The position numbers and the translations under genes were made by a program. From contig DAVB01000002.1 of NCBI GenBank assembly GCA_002505455.1, positions 1-62,588 of the forward strand: DNA of 62,588 bases. Reading direction: 5' to 3'. This DNA is from Euryarchaeota archaeon UBA52. GTDB taxonomy: Archaea > Thermoplasmatota > Poseidoniia > Poseidoniales > Thalassarchaeaceae. The notes under the pieces were generated by a model that was not told the origin of the DNA, did not search any database, and worked only from the letters and a program-made list of their open reading frames with translations. This document shows positions 37,125 to 46,427 of this stretch, one piece after another (positions within the stretch are counted from its first letter, which is position 1; each line of letters starts with the position of its first letter).

Positions 37125-38288
37125 ATGGATACGATTGAAGACTTAGGACGGCGTCCTAAGGATGTGACCCGTCGTCTCAACATACTCCTGGTCCATGTCT
37201 GGTTCTGGCCGCATGTCGGAGGAGGGGACAGACACGTCGAGTTGCTCGGCAGAGAACTTGTCGCAAAGGGCCACAAGGTTACGGTTTGGTGTGCAGATGT
37301 TCCTGAACATAGTGAGAAAGAGTTCTCTAGGCACGGAATTTCTGTAGTGCGTATCCCTGCGACCTCGGTACTTGGAGGGGTTGATCCGGTTGTTTCGATA
37401 AAGAATCTCGACATGTCTGATTTTGATGTCGTACACCTTCACGATACGTTACCTATACTAATTAGGAAGACGGCTCTGAAGGCTTCTAAGTTGGGGATTC
37501 CTATTGTCACGACATACCATAACGACTACGTGAAATCGACGTTTATTGGCAGATTGATCAAGCGAATGAGATGGTCTTTTCAAGGCAATAGAACGCTCTC
37601 TTCTTCTGAAATTATTATCGCATTGAGACCCTACTTCGAAGGCCTGCTTAGATCGAAGGGTGCAAGGGGAGAGATTAGGATAATTCCAACTGGATTTGAG
37701 CCTCCTCAGGATTCCCGTAAACGTCCAGAAGGGGTTCCTGAAGGACCGTTCTTGCTTTATCTTTCACGCCTGACTAAACAGAAGGGCGTTGACATCTTGC
37801 TCGATGCATGGAGTTCTATGGATGATACAGAACGGAACGGGCATACGATGGTGGTTGCAGGAACTGGACCCATGGAGCAGGATGTGATTGATGCTTCTAA
37901 TTCACCTTCTGAATCTGATCTTTATCACCTAGGTCTCGTTGACGAGGAGGAGAAATCATGGCTGCTGAAAAATGCATCGGGCCTTGTGCTTCCCTCACGA
38001 TTTGAAGGGTTGCCTGCAATATTGCTAGAGGGGGCATGGACTGGGCTTCCAGTTGCTATGGCGGATGTTAACGGATTGGGGAATTTTGTCGAAGGGGGGG
38101 GTTTCGGGATCACATTTCAGCCGGATAGTGTAATGCAATGTAAACTTGGAATGTTGCGCCTGTCTCTGGCTGAAGATGAGCAGCGGAATTCATGGTCGAA
38201 GAATGGTCAAAATTTCGCAGAAATGTACCTCTGGCCCAAGGTGGCTAACGAGATTGAAGCGGCGTACAATGATGCCGTAAACAAGTGA
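37125..38288 (+). CDS. Glycosyltransferase family 4
   Basis: FWPHVGGGDRHV, VHLHD, TYHND, YLSRLTKQKG, LPSRFEGLPAILLEG (EX7E). Start approximate. Confidence 0.88.
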   Translation: MDTIEDLGRRPKDVTRRLNILLVHVWFWPHVGGGDRHVELLGRELVAKGHKVTVWCADVPEHSEKEFSRHGISVVRIPATSVLGGVDPVVSIKNLDMSDFDVVHLHDTLPILIRKTALKASKLGIPIVTTYHNDYVKSTFIGRLIKRMRWSFQGNRTLSSSEIIIALRPYFEGLLRSKGARGEIRIIPTGFEPPQDSRKRPEGVPEGPFLLYLSRLTKQKGVDILLDAWSSMDDTERNGHTMVVAGTGPMEQDVIDASNSPSESDLYHLGLVDEEEKSWLLKNASGLVLPSRFEGLPAILLEGAWTGLPVAMADVNGLGNFVEGGGFGITFQPDSVMQCKLGMLRLSLAEDEQRNSWSKNGQNFAEMYLWPKVANEIEAAYNDAVNK

Positions 38289-38354
38289 TTTTCGATCGGA
38301 ACGTGATTGGATACGCTCCGGAAGCGACAATAAGTATCCACCAGAGGGAGCCAT

Positions 38355-39626
38355 ATGCAGACTCGACTGGCGGTCGGGGCGGAAAGCAAACCAAGCCTGC
38401 TGGTGGCTAAGGGATGTTTCGAACCGATGGGTGGTGCTGAGCGAGACCTCATCAGAGTAATTCCAGACTTATGTGAACGTTTTATTGTTACAGTCGCCAC
38501 ATTGAGGCCTTCTGATGAGCTTGAAGAGATATGCTCTAATCTTAGCATTGATCTCCTTCAGCCAGAGAAGCCATGGATAGTGCCCAGGGGATGGCTTAAC
38601 GAAATCTTGCATAGGAAGCAAAGGGGATCATTTCAGCAGTGGGCTTCAATCCCCGGAATAAAGGAGAGAATATCCGATGTAGATGGGATTCATCTTGTCA
38701 GCGGAGATGGCTCAATGGGCATACTACGCCTAGTCGATTCGTCTAAATCAGTACATGTTCACTATCTGGAACCGGATCGAGGTTTGTATGAGGATGTGCT
38801 TCATCTTGATGTCGGAGGTCGGCCCAAAAGACCGCTTTTTCTTACTCGTATCGCACTTTCTTTTGCTAAGTTCTCTGACAGGAGAATGGTGAAGAAAATG
38901 GTTGCATCGCCTAATGTTGTTATTTCTGCTAACTCGAGATACAGCGCTGAGAGGTTTCTTTCTATCTATGGATCTGAAGCGGGAGTCATCCGGCCTAATG
39001 TATCTTCCAAAGAATTTGCCAAGAAGGAGACTGACAGAGAGGAAGGGGCATGGAAAGAGGTAGAGGACCTTCCCGAACCCCCATGGGTGGTGACCATAGG
39101 CGGTTTCAATTGGGTAAAGGGCATTTGGGAATGTATCTCCATGTTGAAAGATTCAGAAGTTGGACTGGCCGTTATAGGTAGAGGTTCGGACGAAGACCTC
39201 TACGCTTTGAAAGAACATGCCAAGCGTTGTGAAGTGGAACTATGGGCCTATAGCGATCTTGATTTAAGTCAGCTAATCGCTACTATGAGGAGGTCTCGCG
39301 CCGTTATTTCAATGGCTCATGGCGAGCCTTTTGGCCTCACAGCCATCGAGGCACTATCGATCGGAGTTCCTGCATTGTTTGTGGATGAAGGCGGTTTTAG
39401 AGACTCGATTGTGGATGGAGTTTGTGGGAGGCTCTTGCCCCGGGATGATCCAATAGCGTGGCATTTAGCGATTGAAGAGGCGGGCGATCCTGAGGTAGCC
39501 GAGCGATGGAAGGTGGCTGGAAGAGCACGGATTTCAGAGTTAGAGCTGGATCCTCAATCTCAGGCCGAATTCATCGGCCATGCACTATTTCCGAATCGAT
39601 CCCCCCTTCATCTTGAAGAGGAATGA
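38355..39626 (+). CDS. Glycosyltransferase family 4
   Basis: MGGAERD, ANSRYS, WVKG, EPFGLTAIEAL..GVP, GGFRDSI. Confidence 0.82.
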   Translation: MQTRLAVGAESKPSLLVAKGCFEPMGGAERDLIRVIPDLCERFIVTVATLRPSDELEEICSNLSIDLLQPEKPWIVPRGWLNEILHRKQRGSFQQWASIPGIKERISDVDGIHLVSGDGSMGILRLVDSSKSVHVHYLEPDRGLYEDVLHLDVGGRPKRPLFLTRIALSFAKFSDRRMVKKMVASPNVVISANSRYSAERFLSIYGSEAGVIRPNVSSKEFAKKETDREEGAWKEVEDLPEPPWVVTIGGFNWVKGIWECISMLKDSEVGLAVIGRGSDEDLYALKEHAKRCEVELWAYSDLDLSQLIATMRRSRAVISMAHGEPFGLTAIEALSIGVPALFVDEGGFRDSIVDGVCGRLLPRDDPIAWHLAIEEAGDPEVAERWKVAGRARISELELDPQSQAEFIGHALFPNRSPLHLEEE

Positions 39627-39641
39627 TGTGCGTTAAATGTC

Positions 39642-40127
39642 CTATCCTAATACCTTCAGAAGTCTGAGGAAACCTAGGAAGACAATTGATGCTAAGAGCC
39701 ACATCATGGCATCCCCGATTTTCGAATGCATATTCCTGTGCGGACTCTTGTGGTAGTCTTCTGAACTTGAGTCTGTCATCGACTTCCCAGACTTACTCAT
39801 CGATATCGTCGCAATCAGGAGTATGACTCCGAGCCAGCCGTGTAAACTTATTAATTCGGAAAATGGTACATCCATCATAACGCCGCGATAGATATCAGCT
39901 GCAATGGCAAGGGCGATTACGGATGCGATGATTGCTGGGGCTTTCTTACCCATGTTCTGATGTTTGCTCATTATCTCGTCTTTCTGTTCATTCGACATCT
40001 TGGCAGTATTCGATTTTCTGCGAATGGACTTTATCGAGCTCCACTGCTTGTACAGGAAATAGGCCGCAGCTATTCCAGCCATGGGATGCGCTAGGATGAC
40101 CAGCGCATCGACCAAGTCCACGCTCAT
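39642..40127 (-). CDS. His-containing 4-TM membrane protein (DUF4079 / cytochrome b561-like)
   Basis: HP in TM1, H before TM2, HGWLG in TM3, H..IG before TM4. Confidence 0.6.
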   Translation of the reverse strand: MSVDLVDALVILAHPMAGIAAAYFLYKQWSSIKSIRRKSNTAKMSNEQKDEIMSKHQNMGKKAPAIIASVIALAIAADIYRGVMMDVPFSELISLHGWLGVILLIATISMSKSGKSMTDSSSEDYHKSPHRNMHSKIGDAMMWLLASIVFLGFLRLLKVLG

Positions 40128-40221
40128 GTAATCCGCGATGAATGATTTCTACTAAGCATTGCCAATTACTGTGAAAAAATTGTAGCGACTGGTTCATGAG
40201 ATACCCATGGGACGGCCGGTC

Positions 40222-42279
40222 ATGCATCCAATCGAGCGTATCGCTGTAGTAGGAGCGGGCAACATGGGTTCGGGTATAGCCCAGAAATCCGCTCAGGAGG
40301 GATTCATGGTTCAGATGATCGATAGAGAAAGGGAGTTTGTTGACAGGGGGATCAAGACAATCGAGGGTTTCCTCGATGAAGCGGTCGAGAGGAGGATTCT
40401 CAGTGATTCGGCTGCGAAAAGTACGCTTTCGAGGGTTTCTGGCGCTGTAGGCGTAGGTTCGATAGAGGAACAGACAGATTTGGTCATAGAGGCGGTTTTC
40501 GAAGATTTGGATGTTAAAAAATCGGTATTGGAAGGTCTTTCCTCATCGTGCAATGAAAAGACAATCATAGCAACAAATACCTCGTCATTATCAGTAGAGC
40601 AACTTTCCTTGATGTCAGACCGTCCTGATCGCTTCATAGGGTTGCACTTCTTCTACCACCCCGCAAAGAACAGACTGGTTGAAGTCATACCCTCTTCATC
40701 TACTTCTGATACTTCGATTAAAGCCGTAGTACAATATTGCAGAGCGATGGGGAAAGTTGTGATAGTTTGCAAAGACAGGCCTGGATTCGTTGTTAATCGG
40801 TTCTTCGTGCCATGGTTGAACGAGGCATGCATCCTGTATGATGATGGCATCGGGACCCCTGCTCAGATAGATGCAATTGCTAGAGACTCTTTCGGGATAG
40901 GCATGGGGCCATTTGCTCTTATGAATCTCACAGGCCCGTCAATAGCACTTCATTCAACGGATTACCTGGCTACCCAACTGGATACTGATCGCTTCTCAGG
41001 TGCGGATTGTCTTCGTAAACTAGTGAAAGAAGGCAGAGAATGGGACCTTTCAGGATCCGAGGATTGCGAACGAAGCGTCTCAGAAGAAATTAGGAGGCGC
41101 TTATTGGGAACTATATTCTGCGTATCTTCCCAGATTGTCGAAGAAGGGATATGCTCAATGGAAGATGTCGATAGAGGTGCTAAAGTAGGGTTAAGATGGG
41201 CCAATGGCCCTTTTGAAATGGCAAACTCGATAGGAGTTGATTTGGCCTCCAAACTGGCATCTGAATACGCATCATTAGCTTCGATAGAAAACCCATCATT
41301 GCTCGCCAAACAGGGCTCTGAACCATTCAAATTTGATTTCTTTGACTTGAATCTGGATGGTGAAGTTGCAACAATAACATTCAATCGCCCGGAAGCGATG
41401 AATGCACTCAACGTAGAAGTGATGGCTCAACTCGGAGAGATATGGAAGGATATAGAATCTAATGATTCAATCAAAACGGCAGTTTTCAGAGGTTCAGGAA
41501 AGGCATTCGTAGCAGGTGCAGACATCAGGTTCTTTGTTGACAGGATTGAATCTAATCGAATTAACGAGATACAGGAATTCACAGAAGAAGGACATCGCAT
41601 CTTGAATGCCATTCAATCATCTAGGCTGACTACCATAGCGGTGATTTCTGGTTTGGCTCTAGGAGGGGGATTGGAACTTGCTCTTTGCTGTGATCACAGG
41701 ATTGGGACCCCGAAGACGATGCTCCGATTCCCTGAAACTGGAATAGGAATCTATCCAGGACTCGGAGGGACGCAACGTGCAGTGCAAATCGCTGGTGTAG
41801 AATGTGCTAGATATGCAATAATAGCAGGTAACTGGATGAGTTCAGAAGATTCAATGTCCATGGGATATCTTACGGAAATTGTTGCATTTTCTGATATAGA
41901 AAAAGCAGTATTACGTGCCTCTGATGGGCTTACTGAACCATATGGCCAGCCCTACTCGCCAAGATTGGATAATTCTGAGAGGATAGAAAATATTCTTTCA
42001 TCGTACACTCAAATGGGCATGGAATCGATGATATCAGGTTCATTTGACACAGATAATCAATTCTTGAGCAGACAGGCTAAACTGATTTCGAGAAATGCTC
42101 CTATAGCTATCAAGATGGCTGCAGAGCTCATTGAAATCGCAGACAAGTCGCGAGACGATCGCCGAATTGGCCTGCAAGCAGAATTGGACGGTTTAGATGC
42201 AATCTTCTCGACCAATGATGCGCTCAAAGGCTTGAAATCTGTCCTCGAGGGCTCAAGAGTTTCTTTCGATGGTGCCTAG
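40222..42279 (+). CDS. Fused 3-hydroxyacyl-CoA dehydrogenase (N-terminal) / enoyl-CoA hydratase (C-terminal), archaeal domain order
   Basis: IAVVGAGNMGSGIA, EAVFED, TNTSS, GLHFF, DRPGFVVNR; crotonase NRPEAMNAL, AFVAGADI, GGGLELALCC, FPETGIGIYPG.GGTQR. Confidence 0.92.
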   Translation: MHPIERIAVVGAGNMGSGIAQKSAQEGFMVQMIDREREFVDRGIKTIEGFLDEAVERRILSDSAAKSTLSRVSGAVGVGSIEEQTDLVIEAVFEDLDVKKSVLEGLSSSCNEKTIIATNTSSLSVEQLSLMSDRPDRFIGLHFFYHPAKNRLVEVIPSSSTSDTSIKAVVQYCRAMGKVVIVCKDRPGFVVNRFFVPWLNEACILYDDGIGTPAQIDAIARDSFGIGMGPFALMNLTGPSIALHSTDYLATQLDTDRFSGADCLRKLVKEGREWDLSGSEDCERSVSEEIRRRLLGTIFCVSSQIVEEGICSMEDVDRGAKVGLRWANGPFEMANSIGVDLASKLASEYASLASIENPSLLAKQGSEPFKFDFFDLNLDGEVATITFNRPEAMNALNVEVMAQLGEIWKDIESNDSIKTAVFRGSGKAFVAGADIRFFVDRIESNRINEIQEFTEEGHRILNAIQSSRLTTIAVISGLALGGGLELALCCDHRIGTPKTMLRFPETGIGIYPGLGGTQRAVQIAGVECARYAIIAGNWMSSEDSMSMGYLTEIVAFSDIEKAVLRASDGLTEPYGQPYSPRLDNSERIENILSSYTQMGMESMISGSFDTDNQFLSRQAKLISRNAPIAIKMAAELIEIADKSRDDRRIGLQAELDGLDAIFSTNDALKGLKSVLEGSRVSFDGA

Positions 42280-42498
42280 TACTTTCTTCTTGGACTTTGA
42301 ATCCAAGCAGGTGCTCTGTATTCTGCAATGGCGCGAACAACAAGATCGACTATTTCCTTTCGGCTCATATCATCATCTCCTGCTGAATAGAGAAATTGCC
42401 ATCACCAATAGAGAAGGCTTGTTCTCGCTCAAATTCTCAATCTCAATTGCTTCTTCTGCCCAACTCTCTAGCCATTCATCCATACTAACTTCCTCCAT
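42276..42498 (-). pseudogene. Small frameshifted ORF (73 aa if one nt is removed) or two tandem micro-ORFs of 41 and 30 aa; not in the ORF track
   Basis: ATG 42498 gives MEEVSMDEWLESWAEEAIEIENLSENKPSLLVMAI; the +1 frame continues LYSAGDDDMSRKEIVDLVVRAIAEYRAPAWIQSPRRKY*, with the stop overlapping the convergent stop at CTAG 42276-42279. Span is 223 nt = 74x3+1. Confidence 0.45.
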
Positions 42499-42607
42499 AC
42501 AACTTGGTGTTATTTCAACACCGTCTCAGATAATACCTATTTGAATGATTAAGGTTGCATGTCAACACCGAGGTTTTGTTTATACACTAGATAATTTTGA
42601 ACGCACC

Positions 42608-43066
42608 ATGAACCGCAACTTTAGGCCTAAGAAGATGGATCAACAGGATATTGTCAAAATTTTAGAATTCATTGAAGATGTGAAAACGACAGGTGGGATG
42701 ATTCGAAGTACGTTTGAAGAATATTCAGACCCCTTGACGGCTATTGAATGGGAAGTAGATGCAGCCGTTGAATGCTTCGAAATATTTAGTTCTAGGTGGA
42801 CGATTGAGATTCTTGCAGCGTTGTATATTGCAGGTGATCGTCGATTTAATGAGATGCGTACTCTGTTGAGAGGCATCAGTAGTAGGACTCTATCTGACAA
42901 ATTGAGTGCGTGTCAGAAGAACGGGCTTGTTGATCGGGTAGTAGAAGAAGGCCCGCCGATAAGAGTGACTTATCGGCTTACAGAACATGGTAGAACATGT
43001 GGCAGATTACTGGGCGTACTGATAGCTTACATGAAAATTGAGAAAGGGCTTGTAGAGAGTGCTTAG
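42608..43066 (+). CDS. HxlR-family winged-helix transcriptional regulator
   Basis: FSSRWTIEIL..L....RRFNEM...LRGISSRTLSDKL....KNGLV.R.V..GPPIRVTYRLTEHG. Confidence 0.88.
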   Translation: MNRNFRPKKMDQQDIVKILEFIEDVKTTGGMIRSTFEEYSDPLTAIEWEVDAAVECFEIFSSRWTIEILAALYIAGDRRFNEMRTLLRGISSRTLSDKLSACQKNGLVDRVVEEGPPIRVTYRLTEHGRTCGRLLGVLIAYMKIEKGLVESA

Positions 43067-43146
43067 AATATTCTCTGATCTACTGTATTCTTTCGTTGTT
43101 TGAAAATTAGTTACTGGTGGCATTAATCGTAGGGCGTTTGAGATAT

Positions 43147-44550
43147 ATGGGTGGCTCTCAATTAGTCGCGCGAGGGGCATGGGGGTGGATATTGAACCCA
43201 ATTTTCCTATCTACGGAAATTCTATTCATAGATTTCATATTATCAAAATGGTTCTTCATCGAGACTTGTAGCATCGTAGGTTCCTTTGTTTTGTTTGTAT
43301 TCGCAACGATTTACTCATGGTTTGATTTCTCTTCTCAGACTAAATTACAAACCTACGTTATTTGTATGGCTGCAATTTTCGAGTTGGGAATTTTATCCTC
43401 AGAGTTGATGATAGACCGGACATTGATTCAATTGTCTCTCTGTACTGCAATATTGGTTTGTGGGGTATTCCATATCCTTGTACTGAAATTGCGTATAATA
43501 GATGGGTCAATTCATTCTCGTAGTTTGTTTAGAGCCAAGAAATTCAATCCGGAAAATACGACTGTAGAGATTCGAGAACCCGGAATCAGTATAATCATGA
43601 AGACTGGTGATTTGATTCTTCGAAATGACAATTCCAAAATTAGACTTTCAGGTTTGAAGAATCCGGATTTAATCAGAAGGAAATTAATTGACAAATTTGG
43701 AGTATTGCCTCATTTTCAAAGAGCTACCTGGGCAGGAACTCTTTGGATATTTTTGTTCCTCATCATTGTTATCGCGGTGATTGAATGTTGCCTGTTTATT
43801 CTAATCAATCAGGCAATGCCGGCTAATGGCGTCACACAGAGCGTTGGATCGCTTGCGGTTTGGTTCATAGCCAACATGTGTATCTTGAATGTACGGATTC
43901 CGAGATACCCAAATGATCCTGCAGATGACCTTCGTCATCAGACTAAAATTGCTGAGGGAATGTGGACAGAGATATTTCATGAAAAAGATGGATGGGTAAC
44001 AAAACAATTCTTCCGATGCGGGTGGGGGCACAATGATTACACCGAACATAGAGTTCCAGTAATTGGATCGAAGATTTGTGGTAAGTGGAACCCATTGGTA
44101 TTGGTAATCATTCATTCTGCAATGCTAATTTACCAGATGATCGGTGTGAAAAGAAGGATTGTCTATCAGGATTTTATTCGAGCCTTGCCTAAAACAAAAT
44201 TGGAGGTCCGGGCTCCTTACAGGTACAGTCAACAGTGGGTAGAAAACGAATTTGTTTCCGAAAATATGCCTCAAGACGTACATTCTCAAATGAGTGACCT
44301 CCAAGAAGACCTCTCTCGAGTTGGTCTCTTTATCGACGATATGCATGCAGCTAACTTCAGGATAGATCAAGGATCAAAGATTCAAGCGATTGATGGTGAG
44401 CTGTACACTGATGGTGAGGTATTTGTGAAGAGTTTGCTGGTTCGATTGGTTGATGGGCATCGAGTCGAGGGGATGAGCCCGGTTCTAGGTTATGACCGAA
44501 TTGTTAGATGGGTCGATCATAGGGCTTCTGTAGATGATATCTTGCGTTGA
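43147..44550 (+). CDS. Multi-pass membrane protein with bacterial PH-like domain and C-terminal protein-kinase-like domain, 467 aa
   Basis: 4 TM, then bPH_2-like segment 43486-43698 (..KTGDLIL....IRLSGLKNPDLIRRKL), 2 TM, G-loop/beta3 IAEGMWTEIF....WVTKQF, catalytic-loop-like IDDMHAANF, DFG-like IDGE. Confidence 0.7.
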   Translation: MGGSQLVARGAWGWILNPIFLSTEILFIDFILSKWFFIETCSIVGSFVLFVFATIYSWFDFSSQTKLQTYVICMAAIFELGILSSELMIDRTLIQLSLCTAILVCGVFHILVLKLRIIDGSIHSRSLFRAKKFNPENTTVEIREPGISIIMKTGDLILRNDNSKIRLSGLKNPDLIRRKLIDKFGVLPHFQRATWAGTLWIFLFLIIVIAVIECCLFILINQAMPANGVTQSVGSLAVWFIANMCILNVRIPRYPNDPADDLRHQTKIAEGMWTEIFHEKDGWVTKQFFRCGWGHNDYTEHRVPVIGSKICGKWNPLVLVIIHSAMLIYQMIGVKRRIVYQDFIRALPKTKLEVRAPYRYSQQWVENEFVSENMPQDVHSQMSDLQEDLSRVGLFIDDMHAANFRIDQGSKIQAIDGELYTDGEVFVKSLLVRLVDGHRVEGMSPVLGYDRIVRWVDHRASVDDILR

Positions 44551-44651
44551 TAGCGAGTCGTTCTTGAAGCGATTGGAATGGATAAAAAGTGTATTCTAAC
44601 CTGATGCTAGAGACCGTTCTTTTCATAGGTTGTTTGTATTTGAGAAGGTTG

Positions 44652-45290
44652 ATGGCGCTGATTCATAGGGTGCTCCAGCCGGGTTGGTTCAACAGAGCTT
44701 TTTCTGTGTCAATGGGCGTCATCGGAATTCCCATTTTGAGTATCCAAGGGATACTCAAAGGATCTCCTGGACACAGTTGGGGGCACCCGTTAAGAGATAA
44801 GATCATGATTACACTAGATCGAAGCCCCGGGATACATTTCAGAGAGCTTCAAAGAAGGCTTGGAGTTGCAAACGGGACGTTGCGTCATCGGCTGTACAGA
44901 ATGGAGAGTGAGGGGGAGGTATTTGTTCAGAGGACTAATGGTCGGGTCTGTTATTATGCAGGCCCGCCTGCTCAATTGGAAATTCTGGATGGTATCAGGA
45001 TATCTAGTGACGCTCGAGCTTCGTCCATATTGCCCGTTGGTCTCTCCGATCTCCAGAGAAAGATTGTGGGTCGTTTGGTGGAGAATGATTCATTCAGGAG
45101 TCAGGCCGATCTAGCCAGATCCCTCGGTAGATCTCGTTCTGCCGTGAACAGTGCAGTGATAGTCCTCAGGAATAGAGGCATAATCCAAGAAGACGCGATC
45201 AAACTAGAGAGTCATCTATCGTGCCTTTCGAATCCAACAGTCGACTATGGTTGGATTGATATGCAAGGCAGAGTCGGTGTTCGAGGGTGA
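44652..45290 (+). CDS. Tandem winged-HTH transcriptional regulator (ArsR/MarR-like)
   Basis: PGIHFRELQRRLGVANGTLRHRLYRME..G.V and SQADLARSLGRSRSAVNSAV..LRNRGII. Start approximate. Confidence 0.75.
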   Translation: MALIHRVLQPGWFNRAFSVSMGVIGIPILSIQGILKGSPGHSWGHPLRDKIMITLDRSPGIHFRELQRRLGVANGTLRHRLYRMESEGEVFVQRTNGRVCYYAGPPAQLEILDGIRISSDARASSILPVGLSDLQRKIVGRLVENDSFRSQADLARSLGRSRSAVNSAVIVLRNRGIIQEDAIKLESHLSCLSNPTVDYGWIDMQGRVGVRG

Positions 45291-45342
45291 ATGGTCCTCT
45301 TTGATTGGCAACACTGATGGGCCGGTAGTTTGAGTTCCCCAT

Positions 45343-46422
45343 GTGCTTAGAGTTCGGTTTGTCGAGAGCGGGCTTCCCGCAGGAAGCCGGGACAAGAGCA
45401 TCCTCCTAGCATGGATACTGGACAGCATGGCCCTAATTAGGTCCAGAGGCGAGGGGAATAGCATAGCTGATGAACAGGGCGGAATGCATTCGATTGTGAG
45501 TAAATGCTTCATGTCGGAACCGAGGAAGGGATGGACAAGTGCAGAGATTGCAGACGTCACGGGAATCTCGTCAACTGGAATCCACCATCAATTAGTGAAA
45601 ATAAGGGAATCTGGACTTGTCTCTGACGTCAGGAGTAGCGAAGGCAAGAAGTACATGCTCAGAGGAGGTAGCTTCAATACGGCATTTGAGTTGATTTCAG
45701 CCAATGCAATTACAATAGCAAAACAACGGCTTTCCCTCCTACATGATGGAGTCATGAATAGTCAATCGAGGATGGAAGTTCCAGCAGAAGAGGAGTCGGT
45801 GCCATTCAAGATAGACATCGTAGAACTTGGCCCATCCTCTGAAAAAGATGCTTTAGAGGAATTGGTGACTGATCTCGGTTTTGGAGGAGATAGACCTAGA
45901 GCAAACGACTCCCTTCATTCAGATGTAATGGGCATACTGGTTTCTTCCGATCGTCCGCTTGAGCTTTCTCTTATGATGGAACAGACCGGAGGGAGTCGTG
46001 CAAGAGTTGGTCGGATCCTAGATAGAATGCGGGCAGCGGGGATGGTTGAGCGAGCGGTTGTGGAATCACGGATACCCATAGACGTTTTCGGGAGTTTGAG
46101 TCGTCAATATCGTGCCAGAGGAAGTGACTGGTTGATTGGAAGGGGGGGGTTAGGCCGTCTTCCGAATGACATATGCAAATCGCTGATAGATAGTCTTGAA
46201 CAGGAGGTCTTGACCATTGAAAAAGTATCCAGTTCTCTAGAAGAAATACCACTTCTTGATCAGAGAGTGCTGCTGAACACGATTGGTGGACGCGCACCTC
46301 TTGGATATCGATTGAAAGGCGCAACGGGAGGGGAAGTGGTGGCATCAGTACTTCGTGGACTTGAACGTACATTGTCCAGAATATCTTCTGTGGCGGGACG
46401 TTTGGATTCCTTAATCGAATGA
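45343..46422 (+). CDS. Multi-wHTH putative transcriptional regulator, 359 aa
   Basis: WTSAEIADVTGISSTGIHHQLVKIRESGLV and LMEQTGGSRARVGRILDRMRAAGMVER. Confidence 0.7.
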   Translation: MLRVRFVESGLPAGSRDKSILLAWILDSMALIRSRGEGNSIADEQGGMHSIVSKCFMSEPRKGWTSAEIADVTGISSTGIHHQLVKIRESGLVSDVRSSEGKKYMLRGGSFNTAFELISANAITIAKQRLSLLHDGVMNSQSRMEVPAEEESVPFKIDIVELGPSSEKDALEELVTDLGFGGDRPRANDSLHSDVMGILVSSDRPLELSLMMEQTGGSRARVGRILDRMRAAGMVERAVVESRIPIDVFGSLSRQYRARGSDWLIGRGGLGRLPNDICKSLIDSLEQEVLTIEKVSSSLEEIPLLDQRVLLNTIGGRAPLGYRLKGATGGEVVASVLRGLERTLSRISSVAGRLDSLIE

Positions 46423-46427
46423 GTCCC

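Noticed and set aside
42269-42544. 91-aa plus-strand ORF in the track filling this gap
   Set aside because: It starts inside the upstream gene, has shadow-like composition, and is better explained by the frameshifted minus-strand gene.
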